IMG/VR virus record: IMGVR_UViG_3300042868_003730
Span: 64,001-128,000 of that record
DNA from: a virus
Direction: 5' to 3' (one strand)
Length of the DNA stretch: 64,000 bases
The position numbers were made by a program, and so were the translations under genes. The notes under the pieces are model-generated. The model was not told the origin of the DNA. It did not search any database and worked only from the letters and a program-made list of their open reading frames with translations. Positions 57,005-64,000 of this stretch are shown here, in pieces (the stretch's first letter is position 1; each line of letters opens with the position of its first letter).

Positions 57005-58786
57005 ATGAAAGTAGTGCATAAAGATTTACAGGCTCTTGGTGTTGATCAGGAGTCTGTAAGAAAATTCTTGAAGTACAAAGAAGCAGATGCTAAGGTAGGG
57101 GATGACCCGTATGCTTCATCTGCTAGTGAAAAGGCAAATAAGACCAAGGCGTATCGCGAACTGCATAAAGACCTCACCGCTAAAACCAAGAATCCTAATG
57201 TTGCGATTCAAACTCTAAGTAACATTCATGACTATAAAGGAAAAGAAGCGATGTATGAAAGTATGATGTCATTCAAATCTTTCCTCGAGATCAATGAATT
57301 GTCTAACGTCACCCTGGCTTCTTATAAAAAGAAAGCAGGAGAACAGGCAACAGCTGCTGATAAGGCAGGTGACTTCAAGAAAGGTAATAAGCGATTCTCT
57401 GGTATTACCAAAGCAACGAAGAAACAATTTGCTAATCCAGTAAAAGAAGATTTTAATATCTGTGAAACAGCAGAATCTGGACTCGCTGCCAAAGCAGAAA
57501 AATCTGGTATCTCAATCGGTACGCTACGCAAAGTTTATAATCGCGGTATGGCAGCGTGGAACTCTGGCCATCGCCCAGGAACCACTCCACAACAATGGGG
57601 TATGGCTCGCGTAAACTCTTACATCACCAAAGGCAAAGGTACATATCACGGAGCAGATAAAGACTTGCGTGAAGAAACCGTACAGGAGTCTGGTGGTACT
57701 GCTGTGTGGAAAAGTGGATGTTGTCATGTTGAAAAATATGGAGATGATGTATTTGCTCTATATGTTAATGATAAAAAACATAAATTTTACACTTCATTAA
57801 AAGATGCTAAAGCTGCGTCAGTTGAGTTTAATGGGAAAAATCTAGAAGAAAAAGAAGTTCCAAAAGATCCGGAGTCTGGACTGCCAAAGAAATATGTTGC
57901 TGGTCTTTCATCCTCTACTGCTAAAGCCAGGGCTGCGCACTTCAATAAAATGGATAAGAAAAGCGACAGCGACCCAACTGCATATGAACCAGCACCTGGA
58001 GACGCAACTGCTAAAACCAAAACAAGTAAGCATACATTAAAGTATCGCGAAATGTATGGAGAAAGTATTGATGAGGAAATACTGGAAGCATGCTGGGTTG
58101 GTTATAAACAAGTTGGTGTGAAGAAAAAGGGAAATAGAATGGTTCCCAACTGCGTGGCAGAAGATGTTGATTATATGTTCCATCCTCTTATCGAAGCAGT
58201 AAATGCAATTGATAGTGGTGAGTATGACTACGAGGGCCAGATGGCCAGATTACAGTTACAAACTATCTGCCGCAACTCAAAAGATTTAGTTGACATGCTT
58301 TCTGACGATGAGAATATGCCAGAGTGGGTTCAATCTAAAATAACTTTAGCTCAAGATTATATTAGTTCAGTTAGAGATTACTTACAATCTAAAGAAGAAT
58401 TGGGTGAAAATCTAGAAGAACAATTCGATATAATCGAAGAAGTTGTTGAAGAGCTATCAGCTGAATATGGTATTGACTCTGAAGTAATTTGGGAAAACTT
58501 TGACGAGTTTACAGACGAAGAATTACTAGAATACGCAGTTGATGCCAAAGGGCACAAATCGTCCACTGGTGGATTGACACAAAAAGGTCGAGATGCTTAC
58601 AACGCCAAAGGCGGAAATTTGCAAGCACCAGTGACTACTCCGCCATCCAAACTGAAGCCAGGAAGTAAGGCAGCAAATCGTCGTAAGTCTTTCTGCGCAC
58701 GTATGGGTGGTATGGAAGGTGCCATGAAAAAACCAAATGGTGAACCCACTCGCAAAGCACTAGCTCTGCGTAAATGGAATTGCTAA
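57005..58786 (+). CDS. multi-module basic/acidic protein, probable internal head polyprotein
   Basis: ATG at 57005, just after the ATPase stop. Contains recurrent small phage modules (AEKSG....LRKVY.RG.AAW..GHRPG.TPQQW..ARVNS; CW.GY..VG.KKK...VPNCV; LPEWVQSKIT.A.DY-type; GGL..KGR..Y...RRKSFCARM...KWNC) separated by acidic (L/I/V)xE linkers. Confidence 0.75.
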   Translation: MKVVHKDLQALGVDQESVRKFLKYKEADAKVGDDPYASSASEKANKTKAYRELHKDLTAKTKNPNVAIQTLSNIHDYKGKEAMYESMMSFKSFLEINELSNVTLASYKKKAGEQATAADKAGDFKKGNKRFSGITKATKKQFANPVKEDFNICETAESGLAAKAEKSGISIGTLRKVYNRGMAAWNSGHRPGTTPQQWGMARVNSYITKGKGTYHGADKDLREETVQESGGTAVWKSGCCHVEKYGDDVFALYVNDKKHKFYTSLKDAKAASVEFNGKNLEEKEVPKDPESGLPKKYVAGLSSSTAKARAAHFNKMDKKSDSDPTAYEPAPGDATAKTKTSKHTLKYREMYGESIDEEILEACWVGYKQVGVKKKGNRMVPNCVAEDVDYMFHPLIEAVNAIDSGEYDYEGQMARLQLQTICRNSKDLVDMLSDDENMPEWVQSKITLAQDYISSVRDYLQSKEELGENLEEQFDIIEEVVEELSAEYGIDSEVIWENFDEFTDEELLEYAVDAKGHKSSTGGLTQKGRDAYNAKGGNLQAPVTTPPSKLKPGSKAANRRKSFCARMGGMEGAMKKPNGEPTRKALALRKWNC

Positions 58787-58798
58787 GGTAGAAGGATA

Positions 58799-59305
58799 AT
58801 GAAATCATTTAAGAGTTATCTTACTGAACAATACGCAGGAAACTACGTCTGTCTGGAAACAGAAGATATGTCGTTTTTCTTTGTAGACTGTGGAATTCCT
58901 GAGCCAACATCTGGGGTAGTTCCTCCAGATTTTCACTGTACAGTTATGTACTCTGAAATATCAGTTATTGAACCAGAAAGAGTTGCTAGCCTATTGCGTA
59001 CTTCTGGATTCAATAAACCATACATCGGTAAGATAATTGGGTTTGATCTTTTTGATTCACCTGAAGATAATACCAAGTGTTCTCTTGTCGCTAAAATAGA
59101 ATGCCCTGAATTGATGCAAGCGCATGACTATCTAAAGGGTATTGGTCTACAACATTCTTATTCAGAATATTCACCGCATATTACTCTACGATATGGAATG
59201 GATATTATTGAGGCAGCTAAATACAAAGAATTGCTAAGTGGTTGTACTGGTTCGGTTACGATGGCAAAGTTTAGAAGTGAGCCAATAAATAAACATTACG
59301 TATGA
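58799..59305 (+). CDS. acb1: 2H phosphoesterase, Acb1 / T4 57B-like (anti-CBASS nuclease family)
   Basis: Two HxT motifs (FHCTVMYS and YSPHITLRY), G.YV near the N-terminus, H.Y....G..H.Y..Y.PHITL.Y and terminal EP motif, all paralleling T4 57B/Acb1. Confidence 0.8.
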   Translation: MKSFKSYLTEQYAGNYVCLETEDMSFFFVDCGIPEPTSGVVPPDFHCTVMYSEISVIEPERVASLLRTSGFNKPYIGKIIGFDLFDSPEDNTKCSLVAKIECPELMQAHDYLKGIGLQHSYSEYSPHITLRYGMDIIEAAKYKELLSGCTGSVTMAKFRSEPINKHYV

Positions 59306-59835
59306 CTATTCTAACTTGCCCATCGCCGAGTAACATTAACCCATTAAATCCAAATGGATTTTTGTTCTCGGTCAGTAAACTCCCGGAACTAACATTCTTC
59401 GTTCAGGACGTAGAGTTGCCTTCTCTTAGTATCGGGACTGTTATCCAGTCATCAAGTGTTCAAGATATTAAGATTCCAGGAGAGACAGCTGATTTTGGTA
59501 GTCTTAGTGTTGAGTTTCTTGTAGATGAACAGTTCGCCAACTATAAAGCAATTTATGCCTGGATGGTTGGATTGACATACCCAGAGACCCATGATATGTA
59601 TAAGGCATTCTTAGCCTCTGCAAAGAATGCGAACTCATACAGTGAACTGGCGAAGGGTTACTCTGATGCATCATTGACTATTCTCGATAGCAGCAATAAT
59701 CCAGTTCAGAGAATTACGTTTATTGATGCGTTTCCAACATCGCTAAGTACATTACCATTTACCTCTCAGAGTAGTGATGTTCAATTCCTGAGAGCAACTG
59801 CTACGTTTGACTATACATATTATAAATTATCTTAA
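59302..59835 (+). CDS. gp3: tail completion / tube terminator (gp3)
   Basis: N.LNPNGF.F...KLP...FF.Q...LP....G, PGE...F..L.V.FLVDE...NY..IY.WM, SDA.L.IL, F.DAFP.SLS. ATAAATA lies upstream at 59285. Confidence 0.9.
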   Translation: MTILTCPSPSNINPLNPNGFLFSVSKLPELTFFVQDVELPSLSIGTVIQSSSVQDIKIPGETADFGSLSVEFLVDEQFANYKAIYAWMVGLTYPETHDMYKAFLASAKNANSYSELAKGYSDASLTILDSSNNPVQRITFIDAFPTSLSTLPFTSQSSDVQFLRATATFDYTYYKLS

Positions 59836-59851
59836 CTTCCTGTAATATATT

Positions 59852-60286
59852 ATGACACTCGATGAAATTCGAGAGCAGTGGGAAACTGACTGCTCAATAG
59901 ACGACCTCCATCCTGACAAAGCATCAGCCACTAGTCCAAGTCTTCATGCGAAGTACCTTGGTGAGTTGATGAACTATAGACTCAAACTCACCAAAACGCA
60001 GTTTGAGTACAGCCAGCTGCGCGCCAAGAAGTCTAAGTATTTTCGTGGAGAAATGACTCGCGAAGAACTTGAAGAGAATGGCTGGGAGCAGTGGCAATAC
60101 AAAACACTCAAGTCCGAAGTCGAGGCATTACTCGACGCCGACACACAGACTCAGACTATCCTTGCTCGAGTTGAGTATTTGAAATCCGTTATCTACTACT
60201 TGGAATCAGTTCTCGGTGAGATTAGGTCAAGATCATTCCATGTGAAAAACATAATAACTTGGGCTCAGTTTAGGGCAGGCGCGTGA
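59852..60286 (+). CDS. uvsY: recombination mediator UvsY
   Basis: EQWE.D..ID, P.LHAKYL, K..YF.G, LKSEV...L.AD, R.F..KN.I.W..F..G. Confidence 0.93.
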   Translation: MTLDEIREQWETDCSIDDLHPDKASATSPSLHAKYLGELMNYRLKLTKTQFEYSQLRAKKSKYFRGEMTREELEENGWEQWQYKTLKSEVEALLDADTQTQTILARVEYLKSVIYYLESVLGEIRSRSFHVKNIITWAQFRAGA

Positions 60287-61797
60287 TTCGATTTATTGAT
60301 TTTAATGAGACCCACATCAAGGTTCTCATCGATGATTTTGGCATTGAGCAGGAGATGTCAGACTTCTTCACGTTCTTCGCGCCTGGGTATAAGTTTCACC
60401 CGAAGGTAAAGGCGAAGATCTGGGATGGCAAAATCCGTATGCTCGATGCTCGCAGAAAGACCCTATACAAAGGGTTACTTGCGATCGCGATCAAATTTGT
60501 AAAAGATCGCGAGTATGAGTTCGAGATTGATAAGAGCCTAGACAATCGTACTGGTCTCAAAGAAGAAGATATCCGTGCCTACGTTGATTCCCTTCAACTG
60601 ACTGCTCGCGGTGAGTTGCTTGAGGTAAGAGAGTACCAATACCAAGCAGTATACAAAACTCTAGAGACAAAGCGCAACCTGTTAATCTCACCGACGAGTT
60701 CTGGTAAGAGTGCGATTCTTTACTGCAAAACTCGATACCACGTCGACAATAATCAGAGCGTGTTGCTAATTGTTCCGACGACAATGCTCGTAGAACAAAT
60801 CTTCTCGGACTTCAAAGATTACTCAACGAAAAATGGATGGGATGTTGAAGGTAATATCCAGCTGCTGTACTCCGGCAAAGAAAAGTTATTCCACAAGCCA
60901 ATTATGATCAGCACGTGGCAGTCTATTACTGCTATGATGAAGAATGATCCGGATAACTTCTCGAACCTAACATCTAGCGTAGACGTAGCCCTATTCGATG
61001 AGGCGCATACTTACAAGGCAGCAGCAGTGCTAGCGACGATGGAAAAGTTTATCAAGACTGCTTGGAGAACTGGTACCACTGGAACTATTGATAACAACAA
61101 GATCAATGAACTAAGTCTTATTGGATTGATGGGGCCAATCTATAAGGTCATCACGACGAAACAATTGATGGATGCGGGTCAGGTAACTACCCTAAAGATC
61201 AAAGCATTGATGCTACAACACCCAGAAGAACTACGTAAGCAGCTGAAGGGTATGAAATATGCCGAAGAGATTGCGTATCTTGTTGGATGTCAGGAAAGAA
61301 ATAAGTTTATTGTTAACTTAGCGAAAGCCTGCTCGGGTAACACTCTTATTCTATTCAACTTCGTGGAACGCCATGGAGCAGTTCTCAATGATATGATCTC
61401 CAAGAAACTGGATGGTTCTGGCAGGTCTATATACTTTGTACACGGTGGCACTGATGTTGAAGATCGAGAGAAGATTCGATTGACTGTTGAGAAAGAAGAT
61501 GATTCGATTATTATTGCGACGTCATCTCTATTCAGCACTGGTATCAATATGCCATCGATTGCGAACATCATCTTTGCGGTGCCAACCAAGTCTACGATTA
61601 GAATTCGTCAGAGTATTGGTCGGGGATTACGCCTGAAGGATGGAAAGACTCACTGTAATTTGTTTGATATCGTGGATGACCTGAGTTGCAAGTCCTATAT
61701 AAACACCACGATGCAGCATTTCCAGGAAAGAGTCAAGGTCTATGACTCAGAGCAGTTCGAATGGGAATTAGTAAAAGTTCCTCTAAAGACCCAGTAA
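60283..61797 (+). CDS. uvsW: SF2 DNA helicase UvsW
   Basis: FTF..PGYKF.P......WDGKIR, REYQ, SPTSSGKS, DEAH, GTTGT, STGIN, QSIGRGLR. Confidence 0.96.
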   Translation: MIRFIDFNETHIKVLIDDFGIEQEMSDFFTFFAPGYKFHPKVKAKIWDGKIRMLDARRKTLYKGLLAIAIKFVKDREYEFEIDKSLDNRTGLKEEDIRAYVDSLQLTARGELLEVREYQYQAVYKTLETKRNLLISPTSSGKSAILYCKTRYHVDNNQSVLLIVPTTMLVEQIFSDFKDYSTKNGWDVEGNIQLLYSGKEKLFHKPIMISTWQSITAMMKNDPDNFSNLTSSVDVALFDEAHTYKAAAVLATMEKFIKTAWRTGTTGTIDNNKINELSLIGLMGPIYKVITTKQLMDAGQVTTLKIKALMLQHPEELRKQLKGMKYAEEIAYLVGCQERNKFIVNLAKACSGNTLILFNFVERHGAVLNDMISKKLDGSGRSIYFVHGGTDVEDREKIRLTVEKEDDSIIIATSSLFSTGINMPSIANIIFAVPTKSTIRIRQSIGRGLRLKDGKTHCNLFDIVDDLSCKSYINTTMQHFQERVKVYDSEQFEWELVKVPLKTQ

Positions 61798-61808
61798 TAT
61801 CAACCCTG

Positions 61809-61851
61809 CAGTTGAATTATACCTTGTAAAAAGCAAGTGTAAAATAAACTT
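61809..61851 (-). promoter_or_regulatory. promoter-like motif copy 2, antisense to uvsW/uvsY/gp3
   Basis: Minus strand reads AAGTTTATTTTA-N16-GGTATAATTCAACTG. Confidence 0.65.
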
Positions 61852-61864
61852 TACATCTAAACAA

Positions 61865-61897
61865 TTTATTTTACTTTCTGGCAGGAAAGGGTATACT
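61865..61897 (+). promoter_or_regulatory. promoter-like motif copy 3, sense, upstream of gp55-47-46
   Basis: TTTATTTTA-N16-GGTATACT, followed by a TAGGAG RBS and the ATG at 61924. Confidence 0.7.
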
Positions 61898-61923
61898 TGG
61901 TTGAGTTCCATAGGAGTACCTCA

Positions 61924-62496
61924 ATGCAAGACAATTCAATCAAGATCGTTCCACCAGTTGATGCAGACAATAAGAACCACTACGTAAACAACGTCAAGTT
62001 CTATGAAGAGATCAAGAAATACAAAGAAGCATACGTAATCGCCAAAGAGGCAGGAACGGAACTTCCACGCATTAGTAACTACCTCGGTGAGTGTGTGTGG
62101 AAGATCGCGAAGGGTCTTGCAATGAAACATAACTTCCGGAACTATTCATATCTTGAAGAAATGATCGGTGCAGGAGTTGAGACCTGTATCAAGAATATGC
62201 ATTCATTCGACCCAGCAAAGTCTCAGAATCCTTTCTCATACTTTACTCAGGCTTGCTTCTATGCATATATCCACATTATTCAGAAAGAGAAGAAACAAAG
62301 CGCGATCAAGAAACGTCTAGTCCTTAGTTCAGCGATTGACACATATGAACTACAGAAGCATGATGAAGATGGTGAGTTCGCACTACCATTGATTGAATAT
62401 CTTAATAGTCTTGGTGGTGAGGATGAACCAAAGAAGAAGTCAAAGGTAACTACGGAGGTAGGTGCTCTTGATCAATTCTTCGGAGAAAATAAATGA
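61924..62496 (+). CDS. gp55: late sigma factor (gp55)
   Basis: HYVNN..F, P.ISNYLGEC..KIA.GL....NF.NYSY.EEMI..G.E.C, FDP.KS.NPFSYFTQ..FYA....I.KEKKQ. The RBS supports the ATG at 61924. Confidence 0.96.
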   Translation: MQDNSIKIVPPVDADNKNHYVNNVKFYEEIKKYKEAYVIAKEAGTELPRISNYLGECVWKIAKGLAMKHNFRNYSYLEEMIGAGVETCIKNMHSFDPAKSQNPFSYFTQACFYAYIHIIQKEKKQSAIKKRLVLSSAIDTYELQKHDEDGEFALPLIEYLNSLGGEDEPKKKSKVTTEVGALDQFFGENK

Positions 62497-63536
62497 AGTA
62501 CGTACTTCTTGGTGATTGCCACCTGGGAGCACGCAATGGCAGTTCACGATTCTCAAAGCACTTCAATAAATTCTTCACGGATGTTCTGTACCCATACATA
62601 ATTCATAATGGCATTGATACGATCATTCAGTTGGGTGATCTGTTTGATAATAGAACCAATCTTTCATACAAAGCATTCCACGCCTGTAAGGATCATTGGT
62701 TCGCTCCACTTGATAACATCGGTATTGAGATGCACGTGCTGCTAGGCAATCACGATATCTACCATAAGAACACTCTTGAGATCAATAGTCCAGAGTTACT
62801 CCTTGGTCAGTATGAGAATATACATGTTTACAATAAACCATTTACTATCTCTGAATTTGGTGAGCCAATTTTTGACCTAGTTCCTTGGATCTGCGCTGAC
62901 AATGAAGTTGAGGTTCTTGAGTTCATTGGCAGAACAGACAGAGCCAAGTATTGCATTGGGCACTTTGAGATCGCTGGTTTCTCAATGTATCGTGGTGGCG
63001 AGATGCTATCGCATGGATTATCTCCTGCACTCTTTGATGGCTATGACAGAATGTTCTCCGGACATTATCACCACAAATCAGAAAATGGAAATATCCTCTA
63101 CACAGGAACTCCATACGAGATCACCTGGAGTGACTTCGCTGATCCAAAGGGATTCCACGTAGTAGATACAGATAAAAATACCGTGGAGTTTATTGAAAAT
63201 CCATTTACTATATTCAGTCGTGTAGTGTATAATAATGGTTGGTCAGGTGATATCTCTTCTCTTTCCGAAAAGATTGTTAAGTTAGTTGTTCAGGAGAAGA
63301 AAGATCTTTTCCTTTATGATCGTTTCGTAGACAGTCTTAAATTAGCTGGCGTATATGAGTTGGCTATCATTGAGAATCTCGATGAGTTCAAGGATGGCGA
63401 AGTAGATGAGAATATTGACCTCGAAGATTCCAATGCTATTATTGAGAATTACATCGATGGTATCACGACCAATCTCAATAAAGATAAAATCAAAACATAT
63501 ATGCGTTCACTATACAATGAAGCACTTACCCTATGA
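62493..63536 (+). CDS. gp47: recombination endonuclease subunit (gp47, Mre11/SbcD-like)
   Basis: GDCHLGAR, QLGDLFDNR, GNHD, GHFE, SGHYHH, Y.GTPYE.TWSD. Confidence 0.96.
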   Translation: MKYVLLGDCHLGARNGSSRFSKHFNKFFTDVLYPYIIHNGIDTIIQLGDLFDNRTNLSYKAFHACKDHWFAPLDNIGIEMHVLLGNHDIYHKNTLEINSPELLLGQYENIHVYNKPFTISEFGEPIFDLVPWICADNEVEVLEFIGRTDRAKYCIGHFEIAGFSMYRGGEMLSHGLSPALFDGYDRMFSGHYHHKSENGNILYTGTPYEITWSDFADPKGFHVVDTDKNTVEFIENPFTIFSRVVYNNGWSGDISSLSEKIVKLVVQEKKDLFLYDRFVDSLKLAGVYELAIIENLDEFKDGEVDENIDLEDSNAIIENYIDGITTNLNKDKIKTYMRSLYNEALTL

Positions 63537-64000
63537 TCGTATTCAAAACAGTTAGTGTAAAGAACTTTCTTAGTTATGGAAACTACGATACTAAGTGGTT
63601 TCTTGATAAACATAACAGCACTCTTATCGTAGGCAGGAATGGTCATGGTAAGAGTGTTCTCTTGGACGCAGTGTGTTTCGGTCTCTTTGGTAAACCATAC
63701 CGCAATATCAATAAACCGCAATTGGTTAACTCAATCAACCAGAAAGCCTGTGTTGTTGAATTAGAGTTGATCGTCAATGGCGTTGAGTACAAGATCATTC
63801 GTGGTATGAAGCCGAATGTCTTTGACGTATACTGTCAAGGCAAGATGCTAGACCAGGAAGCAGCGATGCGAGATATGCAGACGTATCTTGAGCAGCAGGT
63901 TTTGAAACTAAACTTCAAGACATTCTGTCAGGTAGTTATCCTTGGCTCAGCTTCGTATACTCCATTTATGCAACTTCCTGCTTATCAGCGCCGAGAGGTA
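63533..64000 (+). CDS. gp46: recombination ATPase subunit (gp46, Rad50/SbcC-like), truncated at the window end
   Basis: Not in the ORF track: MIVFKTVSVKNFLSYGN...TLIVGRNGHGKSVLLDAVCFGLFGKPYRNINKPQLVNSIN; open to the end of the window. Confidence 0.95.
   Translation, partial: MIVFKTVSVKNFLSYGNYDTKWFLDKHNSTLIVGRNGHGKSVLLDAVCFGLFGKPYRNINKPQLVNSINQKACVVELELIVNGVEYKIIRGMKPNVFDVYCQGKMLDQEAAMRDMQTYLEQQVLKLNFKTFCQVVILGSASYTPFMQLPAYQRREV

Noticed and set aside
61826-61838. TTGCTT (minus strand) as a T4 MotA box
   Set aside because: It is too close to the TATAAT for MotA geometry and is absent from the other two copies of the promoter motif.
1-64000. Stop-codon reassignment, introns/inteins, tRNA genes
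   Set aside because: Core genes (gp17, gp18, gp20, gp23, uvsW) are full length and uninterrupted in the standard code. Intergenic gaps are short and I saw no cloverleaf; a tRNAscan/Infernal run would be needed to exclude small RNAs formally.

Overview
This 64 kb window is an AT-rich segment of a T4-superfamily myovirus genome. It resembles the environmental, cyanophage-type branch with a simplified baseplate more than T4 itself. It runs from the gp33-gp59-gp32 replication/late-transcription genes, through a minus-strand tail/packaging cluster (tape measure, gp26/gp51-like, gp16, holin, gp54, gp2, gp4), into a long plus-strand virion module. That module holds gp48, gp53, hub, gp5, PAAR, gp25, gp6, gp7, gp8, a DUF4815/VrlC-like protein, tail fibres, an accessory fibre cassette, gp13-15 and gp17-23. 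It is followed by a post-capsid operon (AAA ATPase, multi-module protein, Acb1-like 2H phosphoesterase) and then gp3, uvsY, uvsW, gp55, gp47 and the start of gp46. Late promoters are mostly CTAAATA. Main observations: (1) the operon after gp23 encodes proteins with capsid-targeting or prohead-protease-type motifs, suggesting packaged cargo that includes an anti-CBASS-like enzyme and a protease-processed polyprotein; (2) a T8 slippery site that would fuse the gp26-like ORF to a start-less gp51-like ORF directly upstream of the tape measure gene, as in lambda G/GT; (3) a 20-aa-repeat scaffold protein carrying a duplicated gp6 C-terminal domain, with similar strands appended to gp7 and gp15; (4) a promoter-like motif TTTATTTTA-N16-GGTATAMT in three copies, two pointing antisense into structural/late genes. 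All family assignments come from motif recognition and gene order; no database searches were run.
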